DNA of 64,000 nt, taken from NCBI GenBank assembly GCA_964606485.1, contig CAZSGP010000003.1:270479-334478 (forward strand). The letters run 5' to 3'. Below are positions 25,583 to 35,529 of this stretch, piece after piece. The translations under genes were made by a program, and so were the position numbers. The stretch comes from an uncultured Planctomycetia bacterium. Lineage in GTDB: Bacteria; Omnitrophota; Gorgyraeia; 2-02-FULL-51-18. A model generated the notes under the pieces. That model made no database searches. It saw only the letters and a program-made list of their open reading frames with translations, and had not been told where the DNA came from. Every line of letters starts with the position of its first letter. Positions within the stretch are counted from its first letter, which is position 1.

Positions 25583-27858
25583 CTTGGGTTAGGCAAGTAA
25601 GTTGCGCACAATCCCACCAAAACCAACGCCAGCACTGCCAGATGCGCCCATAGGCCAATGGTGTAGTATTTTGGCTCGAATTTAAACCACAGCTCGTGAG
25701 AGCCCGCTGATAAAAATACTCCCTGGAAAGCGCCGAGCGCGCGCTCAACCAAACTCTTCCGCCCGTCAGCCGTGACCGTCCAATTCTGGTCGTACGTTTG
25801 ATTACGCACAAGATAGCCGGCCTCCGGCATCGTCACTCGAAGCCGCACTCCGTCGTTTTGACGGTCAATAATTTCGGAGGAGACCTGTTTGGATGCAGAA
25901 AAATCAGCACCCTTATTAATATTTTTTAAAAAACTAAACTCCTGCTTCCTGGCGGGATTGCGAAAATATTCCTTTTCGGTGCCTCCGACTTTTAATCGGC
26001 CCTCGGAAGAAAAATCATTAATCGGAATATCGCTGAGCACATAATCCACTCCGAGAAAATTGATCAGATCCCGCTTCTCATTAAAGGCAGTTTCGCTAAA
26101 AGGCCTGCGCCCTAGAGAATCATCGCTCCCCCCCAAATCTTTAACCAGCGCGTAATAGTCTTTATCCAAAAGTGGCGAATAAGCATTCACGTTTGAGTGT
26201 CCGGTGGGTATGTTCATGCTTGGAGGGCAAAGGTCTTTGCCATTCTTTGAAATCTCAAGCCATTTACCTTGCGGAGCGCTAGCTAAAGGCCGTAAATCCA
26301 AAAAATTCCCACGCCCACAAATAATACTCGTGGCCTTGGCCTTAAAACCGGGTAAACCATAACCATAGACAACCAAATCTAAGCAGAGTAAAAATAAAAT
26401 TATACGGGCAGCGTTTATCCATGCAATCTTCCGTCTCCATACCACCGCAAAAACAAGAATCTGAATAAACGGCACAAGTATGACAGGATTTTGAAAAGGG
26501 TTTGTTGAGGCTCTAAGCTCAGCGATTGCTGTTTGAATTAAGCCAAAGTAGGTATCGATGCTTCGCTGATGAAAACTTTTACCAGCGACAAAGTTTTTAA
26601 TATACCAATGCCCGAACGCATCTAAAATCCCTGCTCCCACGTGCGCCATAGCAAAGAGAAGCGCGGCCATTGCGGCTACGCTCAGTGCCAAGATCAGAAA
26701 ACGCTGATGAATACGCTTTGTCCAATCAGCGGTCGGTTGCTTTAATTTCATCATGAAAGCATCGAAAGAAAATCCGGCAATCATCGACAGAAAAAAAGCC
26801 GCAAAAAATAGAAACTTCGAAGGATTACGCAGAAGCGATGCGATCGGAAATTTTATTAGGATCCAATAAAGCGGGTTAAAACGTCCAAGTGCCATAGCCA
26901 AACTAATCGCCAATAGAACCCACCACAATCCGGAGCGACCGCTTCTAGGTATCAACACTGCCAATGCAACAGGCGCAAACCCTATGTAAAAATTGCTGCT
27001 TAAAATTCCGTTCCAGCCGTAAAAAAATAAAAGGCTCAATGACCACGGTGCCATTGAACCCCAAAGTGCGAATTCCGGCTCCTGCAGGGTGCGCGTCGAA
27101 TGGGCCGCGAGCTCCAGCGTTGCCCAAATCTGAGGCAATCCAATTACCAATGCCGCTAACAAACTCCCCGCCAGCAAAACTGGGTTCGAACGTTTAAAAC
27201 CTCCGCTCAAATAATAATAAAACACCGCGAATCCAAACTGATACGCCGCCATCTGCACAAAACCCGCCAGCCATGTCTGTCCCACGATTAACGCCAGCCA
27301 GAACAATTCCCGAATACGATTAGTCTGGGAATAACGGTCAATCAAAAGAAGAATTAAAGGAAACCAGCAGAGCGTCTTCAGTGTTCCGAGCGTATAAAAA
27401 CCACCGGCCGATGCGCTGCCGAATGTAAAACAGATTGCCGTTAATGTGCCTGCTGCGCCCGACAAGCCCTTCGATCGTCCAAACATATACGCAAATGTGC
27501 CGCCCAATAAATAATGAATTAAAAAGTCGGTGTTATAGGCTATATGAAACGGTAGAAAGCGGAAAAGGGCCAGATTTGGAAGGTACAACATACCAGTTTG
27601 ACCCTCGGCAAAAAGTGGAAAACCTGACTGGATGAGCGGTGTCCACAAGAGTATTTTGCCGTGCTTCAGCGCCTCTGCGTAGGCCCAAGACCACGGATAA
27701 AATTGAGCCCCGTAGTCGCCCTTCACCAACCCTTGCGTGAAAGTTAAAAATGGCGCTACAAAAAATAGATATAGAACACCAAAGAAACTCAGAAAGACAG
27801 AGTGATCTTTAAGAAAATCCAAGAAACCGGATTTATTTTTTAATGCGGTAGAGTTCAA
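25579..27858 (-). CDS. YfhO-family membrane glycosyltransferase (GT-C-like)
   Basis: 759-aa polytopic protein with the YfhO-typical N-terminal region (GDYGAQFYPWSWAYAEAL) and a large C-terminal extracytoplasmic domain. Confidence 0.6.
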   Translation of the reverse strand: MNSTALKNKSGFLDFLKDHSVFLSFFGVLYLFFVAPFLTFTQGLVKGDYGAQFYPWSWAYAEALKHGKILLWTPLIQSGFPLFAEGQTGMLYLPNLALFRFLPFHIAYNTDFLIHYLLGGTFAYMFGRSKGLSGAAGTLTAICFTFGSASAGGFYTLGTLKTLCWFPLILLLIDRYSQTNRIRELFWLALIVGQTWLAGFVQMAAYQFGFAVFYYYLSGGFKRSNPVLLAGSLLAALVIGLPQIWATLELAAHSTRTLQEPEFALWGSMAPWSLSLLFFYGWNGILSSNFYIGFAPVALAVLIPRSGRSGLWWVLLAISLAMALGRFNPLYWILIKFPIASLLRNPSKFLFFAAFFLSMIAGFSFDAFMMKLKQPTADWTKRIHQRFLILALSVAAMAALLFAMAHVGAGILDAFGHWYIKNFVAGKSFHQRSIDTYFGLIQTAIAELRASTNPFQNPVILVPFIQILVFAVVWRRKIAWINAARIILFLLCLDLVVYGYGLPGFKAKATSIICGRGNFLDLRPLASAPQGKWLEISKNGKDLCPPSMNIPTGHSNVNAYSPLLDKDYYALVKDLGGSDDSLGRRPFSETAFNEKRDLINFLGVDYVLSDIPINDFSSEGRLKVGGTEKEYFRNPARKQEFSFLKNINKGADFSASKQVSSEIIDRQNDGVRLRVTMPEAGYLVRNQTYDQNWTVTADGRKSLVERALGAFQGVFLSAGSHELWFKFEPKYYTIGLWAHLAVLALVLVGLCATYLPNPS

Positions 27859-29488
27859 GGTATGGTCCTAGTCGTTTGCGGCTAAAGAGATCCAGCCACT
27901 GATGCGGCGCTGCGGTTGCGGCGAAGCGGTCCTCCACCTTCCTTTTGCTGACATCCCAATAAGGTGAAACGCTTTCAACCAGTTCAAGTCCCGGCAGAGT
28001 TTCCTTTAGCGCATGTTTACGCGCATCGATTTCCGCGTAATTCAAAAGAAGGTATTCGGCACCTGTCTCAAGCACGCTCTCGGCGTCGGGCGCCACAGTC
28101 GGCCGATAAAATAAATAAGCATCGCTCACATCATCCGTGGAACGAATCACATAAACGTTATACGTGGGTTTCCCCTCGACAACCTTAAGACTCAGGTCCA
28201 AACGCTTTTCTCGTGCAGAGCCCTTTTCCGAATCCGACAAAAATGCATATTTTTCAAGAATCTGCTCTATAGATTGCAATAAAGGCGCCCCAAAGAAGCG
28301 GTGATCAACCGCAATTACAGCGCCTGGCTTTACGTTGACGTGAATCCATTCGAGCATCTCAGCGCGAGTATCTTTTTTTGTCATCAAATAATCCGAATAA
28401 ATAGTAGGCGCCAAAAGCTCGGCCGTTACCGCCAACAGAAATAACGCCGATATCACCTTTATTCGGTGACGTGATTGCAAAAACTCAGCGCCAAGTCCCG
28501 CAAAAAGACATATCAGGGGCAAAATTGGCATCATATAGCGTGGAAACGGCTGGCTAAAAAAGATGCTGACGCCAAAATAAACAACTATAGCCAACGCGAT
28601 GACGGCTATTTTTTTTCCATAGACCCTACAAACCCCGACACCGACAGCTGACAACAATAGAAACAGTACACCTGTTCCGTACCGCAGAGAATACATGAGG
28701 TGATGCCCAACGCCCTGGTACCCTCTTACCTGCGATTGTCCGGCAACTTGAGAAATAAAATTAGGCCAATCAAGAAAACTAAAAGGGCTGATAGCTGCGT
28801 ATGTGGCAACTGAAATCATTCCAATAGCGATTAAATCCCGGATTTTATGTGAGGCTCTCGAAAAATAAATACTGACAGCCACCACCGGAAAAAAATAAAC
28901 GGCCGTGTATTTAACAGCCACACACCATCCAAATGCTAACCCTATAGCCCACAACCGACCGACGCTATATCGCTCAAGCGCACCCAGGCACAGATAAAAC
29001 AAAAGTAGACACGAAAACGATAGCACTATATCCATATAAATATAATGACTGTGTTGTGAATGTAAAAGACAAGCAGCCAGAAATAATCCCGACCAAAAAG
29101 CGCTTTTCTCGGAAAAAAAACGCCCGCATAGACGAATCAAAAGCCACACTGCAGCCACTCCCGGAATTACGCCCAACACCCATCGCCCAATCAAATAAAA
29201 TTCGGTGGGATCCGAAAGAAACTTTAAAGCAAAGTCCGCCGCACCGGTTACCCCGCCCACTGTTTTTAGGATGACGAAATACGCCGCATAAAAGAAAAAA
29301 AGGTAGTAGCTTGCAAATTGCGGCGGTAGATATGTGCGGGTATTCCAACCCTCGGCCCCGATAGCCATAGCATGATTAACCACGATTGGCTCATCTTGAT
29401 GAGTGGGGTACGGCAATCCAAAATCAAGACCGATAACGCGCAGAATAAGCGCTAGACTTAATATAAGAAAAATTTTATTTCGACTCAT
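27833..29488 (-). CDS. GT-C-fold membrane glycosyltransferase (ArnT/PMT_2-like; polyprenyl-phosphate-sugar dependent)
   Basis: Motif GLPYPTHQDEPIVVNHA after TM1 (the DE motif of the PMT/ArnT family), about 11 TM segments and a C-terminal soluble domain. Confidence 0.65.
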   Translation of the reverse strand: MSRNKIFLILSLALILRVIGLDFGLPYPTHQDEPIVVNHAMAIGAEGWNTRTYLPPQFASYYLFFFYAAYFVILKTVGGVTGAADFALKFLSDPTEFYLIGRWVLGVIPGVAAVWLLIRLCGRFFSEKSAFWSGLFLAACLLHSQHSHYIYMDIVLSFSCLLLFYLCLGALERYSVGRLWAIGLAFGWCVAVKYTAVYFFPVVAVSIYFSRASHKIRDLIAIGMISVATYAAISPFSFLDWPNFISQVAGQSQVRGYQGVGHHLMYSLRYGTGVLFLLLSAVGVGVCRVYGKKIAVIALAIVVYFGVSIFFSQPFPRYMMPILPLICLFAGLGAEFLQSRHRIKVISALFLLAVTAELLAPTIYSDYLMTKKDTRAEMLEWIHVNVKPGAVIAVDHRFFGAPLLQSIEQILEKYAFLSDSEKGSAREKRLDLSLKVVEGKPTYNVYVIRSTDDVSDAYLFYRPTVAPDAESVLETGAEYLLLNYAEIDARKHALKETLPGLELVESVSPYWDVSKRKVEDRFAATAAPHQWLDLFSRKRLGPYLELYRIKK

Positions 29489-30230
29489 CGGGCATTAGCA
29501 CATATACCGGCGTGGCTGTTTTTTTTCCAGCGCGGCGCGTTAGACGCCCAAGCGGAGAAAACTGCCAAAAGCCGTTGGCGGCTAATTTAAGCATTTTTGA
29601 TAAGGAATATTTGGTCTGACCCGCAAAACGGGCCTGTCGATGAATTGCAATGGGTTTTGGATTTTTAGCAGCGTAGGCCACCCATCCGCGGATATAAGGA
29701 TCTTTCTCATCAATCCCACGAATCACATCAGCAATGCTTTTGGACATCAGCCGGAAATCCCCGGTATCTAGCGGCAGCTTTACAGAAGAAAGGCTTCTCA
29801 GTGTTCTGTAAAAAATAGCGGCCGTCCATTTCTTGAAAAACGTTTCTCCATCACGTTTGGCTCGCATTGCGTAGACAACATCATACCCCTTCTCCCATTC
29901 GAGTAACATGTCCGCAAAGAGCTCGGGGGGGTCCTGTAAATCAGCATCAATAGTACCAACCGCTTCGCCCTTGGCATAATCGATGCCAGCCTTGAGCGCA
30001 ATCTGGTGGCCAAAATTCCTCGAGAAGCGTAAAACCCTCACATTCGGAGTCTGGGCGCGGATTTGGCTTAAAATTTCAGCGCTCCTGTCTTTCGATCCAT
30101 CGTCAACATAGATAATCTCGGATGAAACTTTCAACCCCTTAAGCGTTTTAAAAAGACGCGAATGAAACTCGCTCAACACCTCCTCTTCGTTATAAACAGG
30201 CACAACGATTGATAAGAATGGATCAGACAT
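29475..30230 (-). CDS. GT2 polyprenyl-phosphate sugar synthase (DPM1/ArnC-like, soluble type)
   Basis: SIVVPVYNEEE...VDDGSKDRS...[13 protein letters not shown] motifs. Start is taken at the internal Met MSDPFLSIVV (30230); the ORF extends to 30281. Confidence 0.75.
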   Translation of the reverse strand: MSDPFLSIVVPVYNEEEVLSEFHSRLFKTLKGLKVSSEIIYVDDGSKDRSAEILSQIRAQTPNVRVLRFSRNFGHQIALKAGIDYAKGEAVGTIDADLQDPPELFADMLLEWEKGYDVVYAMRAKRDGETFFKKWTAAIFYRTLRSLSSVKLPLDTGDFRLMSKSIADVIRGIDEKDPYIRGWVAYAAKNPKPIAIHRQARFAGQTKYSLSKMLKLAANGFWQFSPLGRLTRRAGKKTATPVYVLMPDESK

Positions 30231-31845
30231 TTTTCTCTTCCTTTTTATCACGGAAATCATAAATAAACATCGAGTACCCAATTACTGCGCTTGGCGGCGT
30301 GGATAGCGTCCATTCACACTGATCAATGCGATGCGCGCCAATCGCATAAACAGTTTTCTCAGGAACGCTTCTTTCGCTATCACGGATAGCTCTTGCTGGC
30401 AGCGACGGGTCTACAGGCCCAATTGTACTTAGCGCCAGGTCATGAACGTCGTTTTGACGCACGTATTCTCCCACGCGCTTCATTTCCTGCCCCCAATCGA
30501 GGTTCGAATCTCTTAAATATCGATAACCATTTTTCGGCCCGCCCACAAATTCATTAAAATAGGCCAGATGATTTGGAAAAATAAAAAGCGCCTCACAGAC
30601 ATGCCATCCCATCAAGCCAATCACAAACACTTTCATTACTTTTGTTTTGTTATAAATAAAAGCCAAGGCACCGCCACACAAAACAAACAATATTGGATAG
30701 ATGGGTAAAAAATAACGTATCCCGGCTTGCGCCTTGTCATTCAGTGTAGCAAAAAATAAAAAAATTACTGGAACTGAAATCAAAGCGATGGTTAATCGGT
30801 CAGGCAAAACCTTTTTGATTAGAATAAAACTGAGTAGTATGGCCAAAATAAAAGGAATTGAATTTTTGATTAAAAAAGCCACAAAATAATAATACCACCA
30901 TCCGTTTCTTGACCATTCACCCATGAGGTATGCATCAACTCCTCTGGCTCTCGTAAACATCATACTGATAAAGGCCGAAGAAAATGTCGATAAAGGCACG
31001 GGTACCTTTTGCGCGAATTCAAGCAACTTCTCACCACCCACCTTTTGATACATCTCCATTTTTTTTGATGGGTCAGGCGTGTCTTTTAAAAGTGGTTTCA
31101 ATTCAAAAAAATAGCCGGCCCAAATGGTTAAAAAACAGCTGACCGCAAATATCCCCATCTTAGACAAGCGAAGCTCTTTGCGTTTACCACCTGCCAACGC
31201 CACTAATAGTAAAATAGGCAGGAGAATCACTGCGCTGAATTTCGATAAAAAGGTCATCCCCGCCGCAATTCCAGTCCACGCGGCATTTGTTTTGGAAGGT
31301 TTTATGAGATAGGAATAAAAACAGATGAGGGTCAAAAAGAAAAAGAAAGCGACTGAGAGGTCCGCCGTCGCAAGACCCGAATGAGCAATAATATTAGGAC
31401 AAAAGCAGTACAGCCCAAGACTAAAAAGAGCTGCTACTCCGCCAAAAAGACGTTTGCTAAAAAGAAAAATGGTCAAACCAAATAACGCAGATAAAAAAAC
31501 GATCGGAATTCGAGCCCAGAATATGAACCGGTCCACAGCGTGATTAGCATGGAAAAAAAACTGCTTTGCAAACTCAGGACTATCCCCAACTTTCCAGGAC
31601 TCATGGTCCAAAGGAGCTTTGGCCCCCAGTAAATAAAGCGGCGCAGAAGCCAAGAGCCTAGGAAACGGTGGCGAAGCTGGGTTCATCTTGAAGTTGCCGG
31701 TCATCCAATAAGAGTAACCACTGGCAACATGGTGATAGAACTCGTCTGCAGTAGCCGACTTCGTTCGCATTCCAAGAATCGTTTGTGCGGCCAGACAAAT
31801 AAGGAGCACCGCTGCGCCCACCCAAAGCTGAGCCTTAGCTCTCAC
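30223..31845 (-). CDS. GT-C-fold membrane glycosyltransferase (ArnT/PMT_2-like)
   Basis: Motif KSATADEFYHHVASGY after TM1, polytopic membrane region and a C-terminal soluble domain; 540 aa. Confidence 0.65.
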   Translation of the reverse strand: MRAKAQLWVGAAVLLICLAAQTILGMRTKSATADEFYHHVASGYSYWMTGNFKMNPASPPFPRLLASAPLYLLGAKAPLDHESWKVGDSPEFAKQFFFHANHAVDRFIFWARIPIVFLSALFGLTIFLFSKRLFGGVAALFSLGLYCFCPNIIAHSGLATADLSVAFFFFLTLICFYSYLIKPSKTNAAWTGIAAGMTFLSKFSAVILLPILLLVALAGGKRKELRLSKMGIFAVSCFLTIWAGYFFELKPLLKDTPDPSKKMEMYQKVGGEKLLEFAQKVPVPLSTFSSAFISMMFTRARGVDAYLMGEWSRNGWWYYYFVAFLIKNSIPFILAILLSFILIKKVLPDRLTIALISVPVIFLFFATLNDKAQAGIRYFLPIYPILFVLCGGALAFIYNKTKVMKVFVIGLMGWHVCEALFIFPNHLAYFNEFVGGPKNGYRYLRDSNLDWGQEMKRVGEYVRQNDVHDLALSTIGPVDPSLPARAIRDSERSVPEKTVYAIGAHRIDQCEWTLSTPPSAVIGYSMFIYDFRDKKEEKNV

Positions 31846-32917
31846 GGTCGAATCCTCTCACCCAATTGCGCATGGGCAATTCATAAAAGTGAAAAGAAAA
31901 ATACGCGATCAAAAGAACAGAGATCACGAAGCTCAGGAAAAATGAGCCTGTTGAAAAAATATTGCGGTTAAGAGCCTTATAATCAAAAAAAGTAAGGACC
32001 GCGATTTGAATTGGGATATGCCACAAGTAAATGCTGTAGGTTAAATCACCAAAACCTTTAAAGTAGGAGCCGATTCTCCCCTCATCTTTGGCGTCCATCA
32101 GCGCTGCCATCAACACGATTGGTGGCAGCATCAACACAAATTGAATAGTCGACTCAATAAGGCCAGGCTTTATATAAACAATAATCACGGAAGCGGCTAG
32201 GCTAAGAGCGCTAAGAATCATCAAAACAACTGTATAAACACGAAAAATACGCCACACATAAAATGAGAGACAGCCCAAATAAAAATAAAGACCGCACTGC
32301 CAAATCGAGGATTGAGGGATCAACGCCTTTACTCCAAGACCAAAAAATACAATAAAAAATAAAACAGCCGTTATTCCCCGCTTAATCACGATGGGCAGCG
32401 TCATAAAGAAAAAAAAGTAAATCAACACCTCGATTGACACCGACCAAATTGGCCCGTTAAAAGAGTACCCTTTTTCAAGGCCCCAGTTAGAGACAAAGAA
32501 AAGGTTTAGAATAAAATGATAGGCATCATTAATGCCATATATCTGATAGCCCCCCGTTAAACGAAGGCTGATCAATTGCAAAACCAAGACCGCAATTAGC
32601 GTCAAAAAATGAAGCGGATAAAGCCTTGCCAGCCGGTGCACAAAAAAACTCTTAGAAGAAGTTCTTTTTGATTTAATGTACACAGTTGAAAAAACAAAAC
32701 CCGAGATCACCCAAAAAAGAAACACCGCATGACGACCATAATTGTAAAAAATATTCAAAACCTCGTAAAAGGGCTGGCTTGAACGATTAGCCAGCGCATT
32801 GGCCGTTTTTATAAAATAAAAATGCTGGTAATGCCAAACAAGGACTGCCAGCGCCGCGACGCCACGTAGGCAGTCAATCCAATAAAAGTATTTTATTTTT
32901 TTTGTAGTCGCGTCCAA
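31835..32917 (-). CDS. Acyltransferase family 3 (OafA-type) integral membrane O-acyltransferase
   Basis: WIDCLRGVAALAVLVWHYQHF N-terminal motif and about 10 TM segments. Confidence 0.7.
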   Translation of the reverse strand: MDATTKKIKYFYWIDCLRGVAALAVLVWHYQHFYFIKTANALANRSSQPFYEVLNIFYNYGRHAVFLFWVISGFVFSTVYIKSKRTSSKSFFVHRLARLYPLHFLTLIAVLVLQLISLRLTGGYQIYGINDAYHFILNLFFVSNWGLEKGYSFNGPIWSVSIEVLIYFFFFMTLPIVIKRGITAVLFFIVFFGLGVKALIPQSSIWQCGLYFYLGCLSFYVWRIFRVYTVVLMILSALSLAASVIIVYIKPGLIESTIQFVLMLPPIVLMAALMDAKDEGRIGSYFKGFGDLTYSIYLWHIPIQIAVLTFFDYKALNRNIFSTGSFFLSFVISVLLIAYFSFHFYELPMRNWVRGFDRES

Positions 32918-34248
32918 GCTAAAAGACCCCCATAAGCAGACAGCGCCATTAAATAAAGGGCTGAAATACGCTTAAAGTAAAAGAAAAGTCCCGGTATGCT
33001 ATAAAAAAGCGCCCAGCCTAATGCTATCGGAAATTCGCTCAATACCAAAAAAGGCAATGCCCAGATCAGATGGTGCCCATAAAAAGTAATGGTATAACTC
33101 AAATTCATAGCGACGAACATCCAGCTCACCGTTCGAAAAAGCACTTTCACATCTGCTTTTTTTGTCGTCATCCAACAGAGCGCTAAGATGCAATTCACCA
33201 TAAAAAATCCGAAAAAAATCTTGGTGATGACCGACTCCGAAAGAGACAAACCTGCCTTGCCCAGCATGAACCTAACCGCATACGGCACCGAACTACTTGT
33301 AAACCAACCACCGGCATTGGAAAAATAAATTAATGTTTTGGGCCCCACCCAAAACGGCGCATACAGTAAAACTGAAATCCCAAAAAAAAGGACTAAGCTG
33401 ATGAGCGTTGCCTTAAAAACACCGAATGTCGATCGGATCTCATGTTTTTTTATGTAATGAATCAGTAGCGGTGGCAAAAGAATAATGGCTGTGAATTTGA
33501 TGAGCACCGCCATCGTTGCTGCAGCGATTGCCGGATAAAAGAAATCTCTTAAGTGGAGATAAATCGCCAACAAACACCAAAAAACCATGACAATGTCATT
33601 ATGGCCATCGATGAGAATATTGCTAACAAGAATGGGGTTTAGCGCAAAAAATGCTGTTAAATACTCCCCGTGGCGTAAATTGGCCTGATAGCAAACTCGA
33701 CCCAACAACCAAACCGATGCCGCATAAAACCCAAAGAGCATCATCTTGAACAAAAATATATTACAGAAATATGAGTTGCCTGCAATAGCCGGAGCAATCC
33801 ATTGCAAAAGACTCCAGCCTGGGCCGTAGTTTTCTGGTAGCTTGACAATGCGTACCCACGTGGAAAGTTCATAAAAAAGATCCCCTGAGTATACCCTTGG
33901 CGCCAAGTAGGGATTTTCGTGGTAAACTCCCAAAATTCGACCCCGCATGATGTACTCATGCAAATCCCCTGAAAATATCGGCGGCAGCGCACATAAAAAA
34001 ATACCCACCAACCCCATAAAACACCAATCTATTTTTTTTAAAATTGATCCTTGCGTTTTTTTTGGCCAAAAAAGAAATGCAAAGGCCACTATCAGGTTAA
34101 GAAAAATCAGATTAATCCAAAAACGGGGCAAAGCTTTTTGGGGTGGGAGGTTGATATCTCCGCCGATCCGGCAGATCGTGGGAAACGCGAGCATCACCAG
34201 AACGCTCGCAGCGTAATAAATTTTTCTAAGTCTTTCCGAGAGGAGCAT
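32893..34248 (-). CDS. Polytopic integral membrane protein, possible GT-C/DUF2029-like glycosyltransferase
   Basis: 451 aa and highly hydrophobic throughout. An acidic-His pattern (SGDLHEYIMRG) follows the early TM segments. I see no other recognisable motif. Confidence 0.35.
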   Translation of the reverse strand: MLLSERLRKIYYAASVLVMLAFPTICRIGGDINLPPQKALPRFWINLIFLNLIVAFAFLFWPKKTQGSILKKIDWCFMGLVGIFLCALPPIFSGDLHEYIMRGRILGVYHENPYLAPRVYSGDLFYELSTWVRIVKLPENYGPGWSLLQWIAPAIAGNSYFCNIFLFKMMLFGFYAASVWLLGRVCYQANLRHGEYLTAFFALNPILVSNILIDGHNDIVMVFWCLLAIYLHLRDFFYPAIAAATMAVLIKFTAIILLPPLLIHYIKKHEIRSTFGVFKATLISLVLFFGISVLLYAPFWVGPKTLIYFSNAGGWFTSSSVPYAVRFMLGKAGLSLSESVITKIFFGFFMVNCILALCWMTTKKADVKVLFRTVSWMFVAMNLSYTITFYGHHLIWALPFLVLSEFPIALGWALFYSIPGLFFYFKRISALYLMALSAYGGLLAWTRLQKK

Positions 34249-34249
34249 C

Positions 34250-35527
34250 CTATTTTTTGCGTTGAGGCGGAATCAGCGTCATTTTTGGAAGCGGCACAAT
34301 AAATCGTCCCCCGGAACTCAAATATTTCTTCTCCTGCTTAACAAATACCTCTAGAAAATGCCACGGCAACACAAGAAAATAATCAGGCTTAGCTTCGCGC
34401 GCTTCATCCTCACTGACGATTGGGATCATCGTTCCAACAGTTTTTTTTCCAAATTTATCGGGGTTACGTTCAGCGGCACCCGCAATCAAACGATGATCCA
34501 GATCAAAATACTGGAGCAACGTATTTCCCTTAGTAGAGGCACCGTACACATAAACAACTTTCCCTTTTTTTACTTCGGTGTTAATAAAATGATAAACGGC
34601 CTCACGAACCGAATCAACGCGCTGAGCAAACTGGAAGTACGCTTCCTTTTCAAGAAGCTTGAGCCTCTTTTCTTTCTTTTCCATATCGCGAACACGCTCG
34701 AGACCCTCTGGGCTTGATGCGCAATCCTCGTGCTTAATATAGACACGAAAACTTCCAGCATTCACGTCGTTAAGCTCAACATCGACAACCTTAAAAGCGT
34801 GGCGTTTGAGCAAATTTTGCAGCGAATACAGCGAGTAATACTCCAAATGTTCGTGGCAAATATTATCAAACGCATTGCGCTGCAGCATCAGCGGCAGATA
34901 ACTCATCTGGATTATCCAAAGCCCTTCTGGGTCAAGGCATTTTGAGATATCCGATACGAACTTATTTGGATCATCAAGGTCGTAGAACATCGCAATACTT
35001 GTAATCACCTTCGCTTTCTTTCTATTAAAATTTTTTTCGAAAGCTGCATGGTTAAAGTAATCGTTGATGATTTTCGTCGTGCCCACCTTCGCTTCTGGGA
35101 CTAGGTTTTTTGCAGGGTCAAAACCGACGAGCTGGATACCCTTTTTCGTGTATGATCTTAAAAGCGTCCCATCGTTACAACCAATATCAATAACAAGATC
35201 ACCCTTCTTGAGTGCGATGCGCTTTTCAGCTGAATGCGAAATATCCGCAAGGGCCTTTCGCATCATTGAGTTTGTCCCAGAGTGGTAGTAGTAAAAGCGG
35301 TACATTTTTTCAGGATTCACTGTGTGTCTTAATTGCAAAAGACCGCAACCGTTCTGCTCCGGATCACAAAGAACAAGCTCGAGGGGATAAGTTTTCTCGG
35401 TGGCTGACGCACGATCAGTAACAAAATCTGAAACGTAAATACTTCCCAGGGACAGAATAAACGCCAAATGCTCAGAACCACAAACACGGCAGCGCGAAAT
35501 AATTTTAAAATCAAAATCCTTTTCCAT
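34250..35527 (-). CDS. Sugar C-methyltransferase (TcaB9/TylC3-like, with N-terminal Zn-ribbon)
   Basis: N-terminal CRVCGS...CG zinc-ribbon, central SAM motif VIDIGCNDGTLL, and a C-terminal C-methyltransferase-type domain; 425 aa. Confidence 0.6.
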   Translation of the reverse strand: MEKDFDFKIISRCRVCGSEHLAFILSLGSIYVSDFVTDRASATEKTYPLELVLCDPEQNGCGLLQLRHTVNPEKMYRFYYYHSGTNSMMRKALADISHSAEKRIALKKGDLVIDIGCNDGTLLRSYTKKGIQLVGFDPAKNLVPEAKVGTTKIINDYFNHAAFEKNFNRKKAKVITSIAMFYDLDDPNKFVSDISKCLDPEGLWIIQMSYLPLMLQRNAFDNICHEHLEYYSLYSLQNLLKRHAFKVVDVELNDVNAGSFRVYIKHEDCASSPEGLERVRDMEKKEKRLKLLEKEAYFQFAQRVDSVREAVYHFINTEVKKGKVVYVYGASTKGNTLLQYFDLDHRLIAGAAERNPDKFGKKTVGTMIPIVSEDEAREAKPDYFLVLPWHFLEVFVKQEKKYLSSGGRFIVPLPKMTLIPPQRKK

Positions 35528-35529
35528 TC

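Noticed and set aside
32893-34248. Calling this membrane protein a Wzy polymerase or O-antigen ligase.
   Set aside because: There is no accompanying Wzx/Wzz/WaaL context and no diagnostic motif. It is kept as an unassigned polytopic membrane protein, possibly GT-C-like, at low confidence.
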